A stretch of 64,000 nucleotides of DNA from an uncultured Candidatus Peribacteria bacterium (GCA_964554435.1 CAZKOO010000003.1:5252-69251), one strand, 5' to 3'; shown: positions 28,866 through 38,661, numbered from the stretch's first letter. The notes: generated from the sequence alone by a model not told the origin. Translations and numbers: made by a program.

Positions 28866-29790
28866 ACGGACGGTGGGAAGAAAAAGGGCGAGTGAGGAAA
28901 AACACAGCAAAAAGCGAGAGAAGTAATCCGATGACACACATCAACGCACACGATTGCACAAAAAGAGTAAAAGAGAGAAGAGGTGTTGTAAGGAAGAATG
29001 AACACACAAAAAGAAATGTAAGGACAAGGAAAGTGGCACACGCACCAGAACACACAACATGCACAAGAAGAGAGCCAAAACACACACTCTGAAGCGAGCG
29101 AAGAGAAGCTCCTAAACGATGGCAATCACGAAGATCTTCCATGCACAACATCTTCCAGCAAGAAAGGATGACAAACGCAAGAAGAACCAGAAGAACAACA
29201 GCGCAAAAAGCAGCAACGCGAAGAGCTTCAAGAACGTTCGAACGATAAGAAAGAAGCGTGCGAAAAGAATCCTCAAAGGCAAGAGTGGAGCGTAGTGCCT
29301 GTTCATCAAATAAACCTGCATGCACCTGATTGCGCAGAGTCACAAGAAGTGATCGGTAGAGCGACGGAGATGAAAGTGGAATGCGCAGAGCATCTTGACT
29401 AACAGTCGATTGATGGAGAACTGAAGCAAGGTGTGACTTGTCCTTCGCTGTCATTTCTATCAAGCGTTCTTTGGTTTCATACTGCACGCCTCGGAGCGCA
29501 GGAACAGATTGCATCGAGAGAAAAAATTGTTCCATCTCCTCAGGGGTGGCGCGAGCAGAAAAAGGAAGGCTGATCGTTTGTACACGAAACAGATCGGAGA
29601 GAGTGCTAAGAGCATACTCCGACCCAAGAATGGCACCGTAGACAAGGAGAAAAAAGCAAAGAAGAAGCGGAAACACCATCGATGTCCACAGTGTGCTCCA
29701 ACCATGTCGCACGCCAAAAAGGAAAAGCTGACGATACGATGGATGTCCACATGCTGGAGGCATGGAAAAGAGTGTAGCAAGAGAACGCAC
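28849..29790 (-). CDS. FtsX-like permease family membrane protein
   Basis: Topology is one TM helix, an extracytoplasmic alpha/beta domain (ATPEEMEQFFLSMQSVPALRGVQYETKERLIEM) and three C-terminal TM helices. No ftsE lies adjacent. The start could be GTG 29790 or ATG 29763. Confidence 0.5.
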   Translation of the reverse strand: MRSLATLFSMPPACGHPSYRQLFLFGVRHGWSTLWTSMVFPLLLCFFLLVYGAILGSEYALSTLSDLFRVQTISLPFSARATPEEMEQFFLSMQSVPALRGVQYETKERLIEMTAKDKSHLASVLHQSTVSQDALRIPLSSPSLYRSLLVTLRNQVHAGLFDEQALRSTLAFEDSFRTLLSYRSNVLEALRVAAFCAVVLLVLLAFVILSCWKMLCMEDLRDCHRLGASLRSLQSVCFGSLLVHVVCSGACATFLVLTFLFVCSFFLTTPLLSFTLFVQSCALMCVIGLLLSLFAVFFLTRPFSSHRPYGKKI

Positions 29791-29844
29791 AATCTTCTAG
29801 CATCCTCCACCATTTTTCTGCTGAGTTGCAAGATGATCGTGAAA

Positions 29845-30441
29845 TCATTCCAATGTAGACTGTTCGCTACTATCCAATTCTTTCGCCATTTCAAGGCACT
29901 CAAGAGTGCGCACATTGAGTGGATCGATTGTCAATGCGTGTTCAAAGAGAGACAGTGCTTTTTGAGTCGATCGAAGATGCAGATGAATCATGCCAAGATC
30001 ACAGAGGATGTACACGCTATCTGTATCCAAATTCAATGCACGCTCAAGTGTCACAAGCCCTGAAACCTGATCACCATTCATGAAAAGAGACCACCCTAAG
30101 CACCGCAGAATTTCACTATCATTCGGCTCAAGGTGATTCGCTTTTTGCAGAAAAGAAATAGACTCTTTCCACTTCTTCTGATGAGAAAAAATGAACCCAA
30201 GAATGTAGAGCGCAGGGCAACTATCGGGGTTGAGTGTCAGTGCTTGTTGCGCTGCTTTCTGCGCACGATGATGTTCTCCAAGGCTCAATTCATTGTCCGC
30301 AATTTCCTCAAAAATTTCAGGGCACTGAGGAAATTCAAGAAGGAGCGACTCAAGAAGCGCAAGTGCCTCAGTGTGTTGTCCTGCAATTTTCAATTCTTCT
30401 GCCATGTGCAATTGTTCAAAAACATCAGGAGGGAGTGTCAT
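29845..30441 (-). CDS. tetratricopeptide (TPR) repeat protein
   Basis: Repeated A..L.kAl.L.P.....l..LG blocks (ALTLNPDSCPALYILGFIF, ANHLEPNDSEILRCLGWSL, ALNLDTDSVYILCDLGMIH, ALTIDPLNVRTLECL). Confidence 0.8.
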   Translation of the reverse strand: MTLPPDVFEQLHMAEELKIAGQHTEALALLESLLLEFPQCPEIFEEIADNELSLGEHHRAQKAAQQALTLNPDSCPALYILGFIFSHQKKWKESISFLQKANHLEPNDSEILRCLGWSLFMNGDQVSGLVTLERALNLDTDSVYILCDLGMIHLHLRSTQKALSLFEHALTIDPLNVRTLECLEMAKELDSSEQSTLE

Positions 30442-30447
30442 AGGAAA

Positions 30448-30789
30448 TTAGAATCCAGCAATAAAGAACACAACTGTACTAAGAATCATCCACGATGCCA
30501 AGACAATTGCAAGACCAATAGCTGCAGACTTCATCATTGTCTTGCCCATCGAAAGATAGTCATCGTTTCCAGCGGAAGCAACCATGGTAAAGGCACCAAG
30601 AAGAAAAACTGATGTTGAAATGGTCCCTCCCCAGTACAGCAGTAAATCGACAATGCCTGTCAGCACTGAAATCACTGTGACATTCGTTCCAATACCCGTA
30701 TTAATAGTGACAATGCGCGGAGCAGCAACAGCAAACAGAGGGAACAGAAAGCTGCAAATGCCGACAAACAGTGACGCTATCCGACGCAT
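30448..30789 (-). CDS. small membrane protein, VirB2/TrbC-like (CPR-type T4SS pilin) candidate
   Basis: Has a signal peptide, then two hydrophobic helices separated by SAGNDDYLSMGKTMMKSAAIG. This matches my recollection of the pilin family common in CPR genomes. I prefer ATG 30789. Confidence 0.45.
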   Translation of the reverse strand: MRRIASLFVGICSFLFPLFAVAAPRIVTINTGIGTNVTVISVLTGIVDLLLYWGGTISTSVFLLGAFTMVASAGNDDYLSMGKTMMKSAAIGLAIVLASWMILSTVVFFIAGF

Positions 30790-30827
30790 AGAAACATCAT
30801 AGCACACGAGAGAACGCAGAGAAAGAA

Positions 30828-31865
30828 TTACAGAAACGGAAGAAGTGTGCGTACCGCAGCCACAAACTGATGAACAAATGCAACAGCACGATCGAGAATC
30901 TGAAGCACTGCTTTTGTCTTCTCTTCTTTCTGCTGCTGCTCAAGAAGTGCATCGCGAGAGACAGAAAGCCCAAGATGTGTGAGAGAGCGTACCGCTCGTT
31001 GTGCATCGAGACGCTGTGCTTCCGTCATTTGAAGAGAGAGTGATTCACGTGCACGACTGAGAGTCTGTTCTCGCTCAAGAAGCAGGCGATCGAGCGATGC
31101 CAATTGACGCTGTGTCTGATGGAGAGATGTAGGAGGCTGAGTGATGACCGCAAACGCCAAAACGCTTGCAACAATGACGTTCGAAAGCACCGCAAAAACA
31201 GTACCAATCATCACCCATTGCATGGTACGAACATGGAGTTGCTGTGCTTTCAGTGTGAGCGCATCTTCCAGTGACACCACAGTCGATGTATGCATACTTG
31301 GAAGAAATGCAAGATCAGAAAGATGGAGAGAAACACTCTGAGAAGGAGACCATCGCTCCAAAAAATGCGAACGAGCCTGTTCAATGCGCGTCAAAATCGA
31401 TTGCTTCGACAGTCGAAGTGCATCGGCACTATCATCAGCAGAAAGTCCCACAAGAAGGGTAAATGTGAGAAGTGCCTGCTCCTGAGCAGGAAGAGACCAC
31501 AGTGCTTCATGAAGCGACGACACAGAAGATCGATCTTCTTCCTCTCCGCCCCATGGAACCGATGGCACATAGACCGTTTCAATATCAACAGAAAGCGAGG
31601 AAGACGCATGAATGTGTGACTCCGCAAGGCGAACAAGAGTCGATAGATCAGTCGATTGAAACCACCAGAATGAGAGTGTTTTGGAAAGAAGATCGATGTA
31701 CACACTGGAGAGAATTTCTTCAGCACGCTGAAGAGACCCTGTTCGATGGTACACATACGCAAAGAACACATCGTGTGTGTGACGGAAAAAATCGAGATAC
31801 ACATCAATACTTCCTGTGAAACGCAGGAGAGCAGAAGGGCCAAGAAGCGAAAGAATTTGATTCAT
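30828..31865 (-). CDS. ECF sigma-70-like protein fused to a transmembrane helix and coiled-coil C-terminal domain
   Basis: Region-2-like FFAYVYHRTGSLQRAEEILSSVYIDLL. Region-4-like LHEALWSLPAQEQALLTFTLLVGLSADDSADALRLSKQSILTRIEQARSHF. TM helix WVMIGTVFAVLSNVIVASVLAFAVI. ATG 31865 overlaps the upstream TAA by 1 nt (TAATG). Confidence 0.55.
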   Translation of the reverse strand: MNQILSLLGPSALLRFTGSIDVYLDFFRHTHDVFFAYVYHRTGSLQRAEEILSSVYIDLLSKTLSFWWFQSTDLSTLVRLAESHIHASSSLSVDIETVYVPSVPWGGEEEDRSSVSSLHEALWSLPAQEQALLTFTLLVGLSADDSADALRLSKQSILTRIEQARSHFLERWSPSQSVSLHLSDLAFLPSMHTSTVVSLEDALTLKAQQLHVRTMQWVMIGTVFAVLSNVIVASVLAFAVITQPPTSLHQTQRQLASLDRLLLEREQTLSRARESLSLQMTEAQRLDAQRAVRSLTHLGLSVSRDALLEQQQKEEKTKAVLQILDRAVAFVHQFVAAVRTLLPFL

Positions 31866-33577
31866 TATTGAGGAGAAATGTAATCTTGCACGCGACCCAC
31901 AAGACGTGTGAAGAAGCTCGTCTGACGAACTGCATCTTGTAAGCGAAGAGTGTACGAATGAATGCACGTAATGAGCGCAGAAGTATTATCATCACAAGGA
32001 CGATTGGTATTCTGAGAATGACTGAGTGCATCGATGTCGCCCTGCAATGCCTCATACTCTGTAAGAAGATCGGTGAGATGATGCTCTTTCGCGCGAACGA
32101 GGAGAGATTGCAACACATCATCCTGCAGAAGAAGTGTATGAAGAACAGTTGCTTGCTCAGTAGAAGTGCCAAGACGAAATGCCTCTACAGTCGCAGGTGC
32201 AAGAGATGCAGAAGAAGATGAAAGAAGCGCAGGACGAGAAGAAGAAGTGTGCGAGGTTGGCACTGGAAGTGCGCGCATCAGAGTTGTTTCAATCGGTTGT
32301 AATGCCGATGCAGACAATTGATCGGACGCAAGAAGCGAAGAAGCACGAGACAGAAGGGCAGAAAATTCTTCCGAAGAAAGGCCCGATTCACGCTCAAGGA
32401 GTGTTGCGTTGTCACGCAAGAATGCAATCTGCTCTTTAAGAAGTTGCTTCGATGCAGAAACATCAGTGGAGGCAAGAGGGGCAAGGCGTTGCTTCAGCGC
32501 AACAATCTGCGAGAGAAGCGAGAGTGCAGTGCCATGATCATCCGATCGCAAAGCACGTAACGTCTGTTCATCAAGGGAAAGAGAGGTAAGAGACGCAAGG
32601 AGCTCCTCACGATCAACAGAAGAAAATGGGCGGTACTTCTCCTCGAGCGAGCGAAGAATATCGGCAAGGGAACCTGAGCGAAGCAGTGCAGGGTCGAGGA
32701 ATTGTGAGAGAGTAACCTCTTCGCTGAGCACACCATCGATGAGTGAAGCAAGTAAGGAACTATACTTCTCACGATCACGATCGAGCGCAGAAGAGAGATG
32801 TTCACGAAGAGCAGGAATGGCATCTTTCTGCTCTTGATTGATCTTTTTTCCTTGTCCGAGAGAGCGCAGAAGATTCAAAAGAAATGCCTGATCATCGGAA
32901 GAAAGAAGGGAAAGAATGTCTTCTCCTTGCGGTGAAGTAAAAAATGTTTGAGAAGCAAGAGCAGTGCGCTGAGACAGAGGAATAGATGGAGAAGAAGCAC
33001 GTGAAGACGCAGCAGAATGAAGCGACTCTGAAAGAGAAGAGGAAACACTCGACGCAAGTGATGATGAAACAACGGAAGACAGAGAAGAGGACGATTGCTC
33101 TTCTGGATCAGAAATTTCCTTTGTACATCTCGCAGAACAGCCATCATCATCAAGAGCATTGCCATCATCGCACTGTTCAGAGAGAAGAATCTGCTGAATA
33201 CCATCACCACAGTATTCAATCTGACACAGTGCATCACACCCATCACTCCGACGCGTGTTTCCATCGTCACACTGTTCACCTGTTTCGAGAACGCCATTCC
33301 CACACATCTCTATCTCACACACAGGAGAGCACCCATCTCCAAATGATAAATTACCATCGTCACACTGCTCTGTGTCCGTCACCTCGCCATCACCACACAC
33401 CGCATCTTCCGCAAGAGCAAATTGCGCAAAGAGCACAATGAATGCAAGAGTGAAACCACTCAAGAGAACAGCGCCAAGATGGATGCGAGAAAGCTTCAAG
33501 GGAAAGGAAATGTGTATGAAAATATCGAAATAGTATACCACAAAAAGAAGGAAAAGCTGATCAAATAAAGCTGACAA
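31865..33577 (-). CDS. secreted cysteine-rich-repeat protein with long Ser/Leu-rich helical C-terminal region
   Basis: Signal anchor, then three CG[DN]G..E..EQCDDGN...DGCS..C repeats, a poly-Ser linker, and ~380 aa that is helical and Leu/Ser-rich. Only a TTG start is available at 33577. Confidence 0.65.
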   Translation of the reverse strand: MSALFDQLFLLFVVYYFDIFIHISFPLKLSRIHLGAVLLSGFTLAFIVLFAQFALAEDAVCGDGEVTDTEQCDDGNLSFGDGCSPVCEIEMCGNGVLETGEQCDDGNTRRSDGCDALCQIEYCGDGIQQILLSEQCDDGNALDDDGCSARCTKEISDPEEQSSSSLSSVVSSSLASSVSSSLSESLHSAASSRASSPSIPLSQRTALASQTFFTSPQGEDILSLLSSDDQAFLLNLLRSLGQGKKINQEQKDAIPALREHLSSALDRDREKYSSLLASLIDGVLSEEVTLSQFLDPALLRSGSLADILRSLEEKYRPFSSVDREELLASLTSLSLDEQTLRALRSDDHGTALSLLSQIVALKQRLAPLASTDVSASKQLLKEQIAFLRDNATLLERESGLSSEEFSALLSRASSLLASDQLSASALQPIETTLMRALPVPTSHTSSSRPALLSSSSASLAPATVEAFRLGTSTEQATVLHTLLLQDDVLQSLLVRAKEHHLTDLLTEYEALQGDIDALSHSQNTNRPCDDNTSALITCIHSYTLRLQDAVRQTSFFTRLVGRVQDYISPQ

Positions 33578-33657
33578 AAACAGAAAGTATGATGTAATAA
33601 CTAGAATAGAAAAGACAAGCTCTTGTCCGACGAGACCTCTTCTGTCACCATACCGTC

Positions 33658-34965
33658 ATGATCGACCTTGAACACCTCCGCAGTCATCCTGATGCCTATG
33701 CAATGGCATGCTCACTCAAGAACATCTCTCTCAACATCCATGCATTTTTGAAGTTGGATGAACGCAGGCGCGAAGCATTGAAAAAATTAGAAACCATGCG
33801 TGCAGAACGCAACAGCGTGAGTAAAGCCATCCCTACAATGCAAGGCGACGAGAAGCAACAAGCGATCGACGCGATGAAAATTCTCGGTGACACACTCAAA
33901 AAAGAAGAAGATCTCTTTGAGGAAATAGAGAAAGAGTGGCAACACGATCAACTCCTCATTCCTGCCATTCCACTCGAAAAAGTGCCAGTCGGAAAAGATG
34001 ACACGGAAAACGTAGAAATTCGCACAGTGGGAGAAAAGCCAACATTTGACTTCGAACCAAAGGATCACGTTTCTCTTGGCGAAACCCTCGACATCATCGA
34101 TATTCCACGTGGTGTCAAGATCGCAGGATCTCGCACCTACTTTCTCAAAGGAGATGGTATGCGCCTTGAAATGGCAGTGCTGATGTTCACACTCGACCTT
34201 CTGGTGAAGCGTGGCTACACCCCATTCCTTCCGCCACTCCTCGTGCAATACAACGCCATGATGGGGACAAGCTACTTCCCTGGAGGGGAAGAGCAAGCCT
34301 ACAGCGTTGGTGTACAGAAAAAGAAAGGGGAGATGATTGAATCGGATGAAGCGTATCTCATTGGAACATCGGAAGTGTCAGTCACAAGCTACCATGCCGA
34401 TGAAACACTGCATGTTACAGAACTTCCAAAGCGATATTGTGGCATGTCTCCGTGCTTCCGCCGTGAAGCAGGAACCTATGGAAAAGACACACGTGGTCTC
34501 TATCGCATCCATCAATTTCAGAAAGTAGAACAAGTCATTCTCTGTGAGAATGATCCAGCAATAAGCGCAACAATGCACGCGGAGATTCTCGGAAATGCTG
34601 AGGCAGTCCTTCAGGCTCTGAAGCTCCCCTACCGCGTTGTAGATGTCTGTACAGGCGACATGGGTCGTGGACAGGTCTATAAAAATGATATCGAAACATG
34701 GATGCCAAGCCGAAATGGTTATGGCGAAACACACAGTTGTTCCACGTTTTATGATTTCCAATCACGTCGACTGAACATTAAATACACCGACGCAGAAGGC
34801 AACCGAAAATTTGTACACACACTCAATAACACCTGCATTGCCTCACCGCGTGTGCTCATCCCTATTCTGGAAATCTACCAGAATGCTGATGGTTCTGTGA
34901 CCATTCCAGAAGTACTACGCCCCTACATGGGAGGACAGGAGAAAATTACTGCTCCAAAGAAATAG
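33658..34965 (+). CDS. serS: seryl-tRNA synthetase
   Basis: MIDLEHLRSHPD, class II motifs FRREAGTYGKDTRGLYRIHQF.KVE and GETHSCSTFYDFQSRRL, and LNNTCIASPR. Confidence 0.96.
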   Translation: MIDLEHLRSHPDAYAMACSLKNISLNIHAFLKLDERRREALKKLETMRAERNSVSKAIPTMQGDEKQQAIDAMKILGDTLKKEEDLFEEIEKEWQHDQLLIPAIPLEKVPVGKDDTENVEIRTVGEKPTFDFEPKDHVSLGETLDIIDIPRGVKIAGSRTYFLKGDGMRLEMAVLMFTLDLLVKRGYTPFLPPLLVQYNAMMGTSYFPGGEEQAYSVGVQKKKGEMIESDEAYLIGTSEVSVTSYHADETLHVTELPKRYCGMSPCFRREAGTYGKDTRGLYRIHQFQKVEQVILCENDPAISATMHAEILGNAEAVLQALKLPYRVVDVCTGDMGRGQVYKNDIETWMPSRNGYGETHSCSTFYDFQSRRLNIKYTDAEGNRKFVHTLNNTCIASPRVLIPILEIYQNADGSVTIPEVLRPYMGGQEKITAPKK

Positions 34966-36217
34966 AGGAATGTGCGAATGTGCGACGCTGAAACCATGCA
35001 TATGCCGCATACCCAAGAGCAAGAGCTGTAATGAGCGATGTGCCAAAACCAGACTCCGGAAGTGTGAGCGATCGCGTCACAGGAGGCGACACTGTTTGAC
35101 CTGTAATACTGAGGAGTTGTACCGAAAGATCGGTGCCAGAGCGAACGTGAGTGAGAAGTGCCTGTCGATCGGATGGTCGTAAGCGCATTTGTTCAGTAAA
35201 ACGAGATCCATTGAGACTCGTGAGTAAACGATACCCATCCACAGGAGCATCGTTTGTCCATGTCACAAGCACATCGAAGTAACCATTCTTCTCGTTCTGA
35301 AGAGAGAGTGAAAGCTCAGGAAGAACAGAGGGAACAAGTGTGGCTTGCAGAGATGGTGATGGCTGCTCCTGATGATCAGGAGTGGAAGATGACGAAGAGG
35401 AAAGAGAAGAAGAATCAGCCAAAGAAGATGACAATGAAGAGGAGGAAGAAGCCGCCTCTGAAAGGGCTTGCATCACACGAAGAACATCATCGGAAAAACC
35501 AAGGAATTTCGCTGGTGCAGAATAGGCAGGGAACACAGAACCATCGGAAGAAGGGATGTTTTCAAGGAAAGAAAGAACGTAGGCTGTTTGAGGCTTTTGC
35601 GGAGCAGTATGAAGCAACAACGTATTGGTTCCACGCTCAATGCGTGTGAGAGGAAGTGTGGCTCCACTGGCATCAGCAATTGGAAAATTGCTCACAACCG
35701 TGCGGTAAGAAGGGCTGATCTCTTTCGTGAATGTGATGAGCACACCCGTACTCGATACAGGACGAAGAGCCGAAATGGTCATGAGAGAAGGCATGGAAAC
35801 CGAAGAAGAGCTCGATGATGGCACAGAAGGAAGAGTAGGAACCGCATTGGCAACTACCGGCACAACCGTGACACTTGCCTCTGTCTCAAACCCATCACTC
35901 TCTTGTCCTTGACTGTCGAGCGCAAGAACCGACACATACAACACACCACTCTCAAAAGGAGGGCGAGGGAACGTATAGCGTGTGCTTCCACCCATAACTC
36001 GCACAGAATCATCGTAGTCTCCACCAGAGTTGAGAATGGACTGATGACTGTAATACACAACGTACGACTCTGCGTTCGCGACAGGTGACCACGTGACTGT
36101 AATAGCATTGTTTTGATACGATGCAGAGATGTTCGAAACCGAGTCTGGTGCTGCAAAAACAAGCACTGGCACAAGGAGCGAAAGAAGACCGAAGAGTGAG
36201 ATGTATTTGAATGTCAT
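34946..36217 (-). CDS. secreted FN3-like surface protein with LPxTG-like C-terminal sorting signal
   Basis: Signal peptide. APDSVSNISASYQNNAITVTWSPVANAESYVVYY is FN3-like. Poly-Ser linkers. C-terminal LPESG + hydrophobic helix + QRR tail. ATG 36217 overlaps the upstream TGA (TGATG). Confidence 0.65.
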   Translation of the reverse strand: MTFKYISLFGLLSLLVPVLVFAAPDSVSNISASYQNNAITVTWSPVANAESYVVYYSHQSILNSGGDYDDSVRVMGGSTRYTFPRPPFESGVLYVSVLALDSQGQESDGFETEASVTVVPVVANAVPTLPSVPSSSSSSVSMPSLMTISALRPVSSTGVLITFTKEISPSYRTVVSNFPIADASGATLPLTRIERGTNTLLLHTAPQKPQTAYVLSFLENIPSSDGSVFPAYSAPAKFLGFSDDVLRVMQALSEAASSSSSLSSSLADSSSLSSSSSSTPDHQEQPSPSLQATLVPSVLPELSLSLQNEKNGYFDVLVTWTNDAPVDGYRLLTSLNGSRFTEQMRLRPSDRQALLTHVRSGTDLSVQLLSITGQTVSPPVTRSLTLPESGFGTSLITALALGYAAYAWFQRRTFAHSSISLEQ

Positions 36218-36630
36218 CAAGACATTGTACCAGATTTCTTCTCTTTTCTCAAGAGACTCGATTTATACTGCTCAGGAAAATACGCCCCAACACGGAGAAT
36301 GGTGATTCCAGAAAGATCCTCATCTGTCATGGGAGGAGGAAGTTTCTGATCGTATCCAAGCACAAGGAGATCGGGGTTGATGGTTGTGATGGATGATCGA
36401 ACATCGTGCTCATCTCCAGCAACCACTGTGACCATGGGGAATCGCTCAGCAATAGCCCTCATACGCTCTTCGAGGGACTCATCAGGCATAAACCCCTTGA
36501 TGCGCTCCACTGTCGCATCACGCGCAACAAGAACGGTCACAGCACCATGGGTAAGTGCCTCAGAGAGAAGAAACACATGTCCTTCATGGAGATGATCGAA
36601 CGTGCCGCAGACTAAGACGGAGGGAGACAT
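36217..36630 (-). CDS. cytidylyltransferase-like nucleotidyltransferase (HxGH family)
   Basis: VCGTFDHLHEGHVFLLSEA is the HxGH motif; 137 aa. Confidence 0.7.
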   Translation of the reverse strand: MSPSVLVCGTFDHLHEGHVFLLSEALTHGAVTVLVARDATVERIKGFMPDESLEERMRAIAERFPMVTVVAGDEHDVRSSITTINPDLLVLGYDQKLPPPMTDEDLSGITILRVGAYFPEQYKSSLLRKEKKSGTMS

Positions 36631-36660
36631 AGAAAAGAAGTCAAAGACATCTTTATACTC

Positions 36661-38661
36661 CTACTTCTCCTGCAGATCAATCACGTAGATCTTCTTCTCA
36701 TCAAGGACGTAGAGACGAGAGCCGTCAGGGTCAACTGAGAGATCTTGAAGAGTGCCTACTTGCTCTGCGTCGAACACGTACTGCTTTAAGTAGAGAGAGT
36801 CACCAATGTCACCATCATTGGTTGTCACAACAATGCGCTTTCCTTTCGGGTCGAGGAAGTAGAAATTGCCATTCTGCCCCTTCACAATCTTCGTTGTGTT
36901 GAGGAGTGCTTGTGGAGGCATGTTGCGGATGGAGAACGTTTGCTTCTCACCACGAAGGAGCTTCACAACATCACGATCTCCTGCTTTGCCACTCACGGAA
37001 GAGGTGTCTTTCAAAACATACACAGGGCCTGCAATGGTCATATCAAGTGCGCCAGTGAGGTCGCCACTCACGTTGTATTCCGATGCAGGGCCATAGCGAC
37101 CAGAAAGATGTTCATACTTATAAATTTGCTTCTTCTCAGGGGAGAGGATGTACAAATAGCGCAAGTATGACTCCATATCGCTACCGTTCACCCATCCTGC
37201 AGGATCATCTGTTTTAAGTGACTCGATGGAAGGAGATGCAGAATTGGCATTGCTCACCTCAAGAACGCTGCTTGCATTGGTGAGGAACACCTTGCTCTGC
37301 GTGCGCGCAAAATCGGTCGCATGAAGGATGGTCTCTTCCTTTGTAACACGCTTCGGATCGGACACAGTATTAAGAGACACTCCGTACAAATCTTTCTCGC
37401 TAAAAACATAGAACGAACCATTGCCCCCACCAACAAAACCGCGCGCAGAAACATTTGCATCTTTTCCGCTCAAGCTTGCCATAACACGAGGAGCACTCAA
37501 ACGAATGATGCGATTCATGTCCTCACGCTTTGAGTGAATGCGATCGAGAATATCGAGTGCTTCTGTGCGGAAAAGACCACTCTCATTGCTCATCACTTGT
37601 TTTGCGCGCTCTTCAGCACGCTCTAAAATGGCATTGGCGCTATCGGTATCCCCTGCAAGTTCACGGCTTTCTGCAGTGGAAATATCGCTGTTAATTTGCT
37701 CCACCAATTGCTTCAATTGTTCGCGTGTTTGCGTGCGCTGACTGAAGAGAGAAAGTTGCACCACCATCCACAGAAGCACAAACACACCGACGCTTCCCGC
37801 AAGGAGAAGTAAATGTGCTCGACGTTTGCGCTCAGGATGATAGAGGTCACTGAAAAATTGCGTGCATTTCTCTCGTGCAAAACCGAAGGAGTCAAGGAAA
37901 GAACGCGTGCGTCCTCCAAAAGAAAAAGATGGAAGAGACAACGAGGGGCGAAGGCGAGCAGTTTTTTGCTGAACACTACTGAGAACGCTAGCAGAGAGCG
38001 ACGTGCGAGGAGCACGACGAGAAGGAGTAATAACCTGTGGAGCATCTTTCGCGCCAGAAAGACGCAAATGAAGCAGTGAAGCGCTTTCACCTTCATCATT
38101 CAATTGCGAGACAATAGCGCTCAATGCTGTTGTGCCATTTTGCTGAACAACCTGTGTTAATTGCGCTGGTGTAAAAATTCGCAGTAAGCGCTGCGTCGAC
38201 AAAATGCAATCATCGTGTGGCTCAAGATCGCCTGTGACAATGTGCATGAATGCTGTTGGTGGCTTTCCTCGATAGTACTCTGTAATTTGAACAGTAGAAC
38301 CAGCGCGTACCATGTACGCTTCTGCACGACCTGTGTGAGAAAGATGAAGTGTTCCACTTGCCTCAAGAACAGCAACAATGGCATGCACATCGTGAATGCC
38401 ACTCGACAGGAAAAATCCTTTCAGTAAACCATTGAGTTCTTTCAATGCACTTTCCAAGCGAGAATACCCATCTCCTTCTCCTTCAAGAATGGCATGCGTT
38501 AAAATATTGACACACTCCTCCCTGAAGGCATCTTCTTTGCTTCCTCCATCGCTTTGAAGAAGGAAAAAAACGCGATCAGCACCTTCTTCACCAAGAGTAA
38601 TGGCTGGAAGAAGGCTATCGCCCCCGGCTTTTGTGTGGCTGGTACGAACATCAAGCTTCAT
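36661..38661 (-). CDS. membrane protein with degenerate PP2C/SpoIIE-like N-terminal domain and large extracytoplasmic C-terminal domain
   Basis: AIVAVLEASGTLHLSHTGRAEAYMVRAGS and GDLEPHDDCILSTQRL resemble PPM motifs. One TM helix (LLLLAGSVGVFVLLWMVVQLSLF). ATG 38661 chosen. Confidence 0.45.
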   Translation of the reverse strand: MKLDVRTSHTKAGGDSLLPAITLGEEGADRVFFLLQSDGGSKEDAFREECVNILTHAILEGEGDGYSRLESALKELNGLLKGFFLSSGIHDVHAIVAVLEASGTLHLSHTGRAEAYMVRAGSTVQITEYYRGKPPTAFMHIVTGDLEPHDDCILSTQRLLRIFTPAQLTQVVQQNGTTALSAIVSQLNDEGESASLLHLRLSGAKDAPQVITPSRRAPRTSLSASVLSSVQQKTARLRPSLSLPSFSFGGRTRSFLDSFGFAREKCTQFFSDLYHPERKRRAHLLLLAGSVGVFVLLWMVVQLSLFSQRTQTREQLKQLVEQINSDISTAESRELAGDTDSANAILERAEERAKQVMSNESGLFRTEALDILDRIHSKREDMNRIIRLSAPRVMASLSGKDANVSARGFVGGGNGSFYVFSEKDLYGVSLNTVSDPKRVTKEETILHATDFARTQSKVFLTNASSVLEVSNANSASPSIESLKTDDPAGWVNGSDMESYLRYLYILSPEKKQIYKYEHLSGRYGPASEYNVSGDLTGALDMTIAGPVYVLKDTSSVSGKAGDRDVVKLLRGEKQTFSIRNMPPQALLNTTKIVKGQNGNFYFLDPKGKRIVVTTNDGDIGDSLYLKQYVFDAEQVGTLQDLSVDPDGSRLYVLDEKKIYVIDLQEK

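Noticed and set aside
28577-29125. 182-aa minus-strand ORF overlapping the recO/FtsX-like junction, and other overlapping ORFs at 29460..30063
   Set aside because: They use alternative frames of regions already explained by recO and the FtsX-like gene. The Cys/Phe-rich nonsense composition argues against them.
33787-34296. 169-aa minus-strand ORF
   Set aside because: It is antisense to serS.
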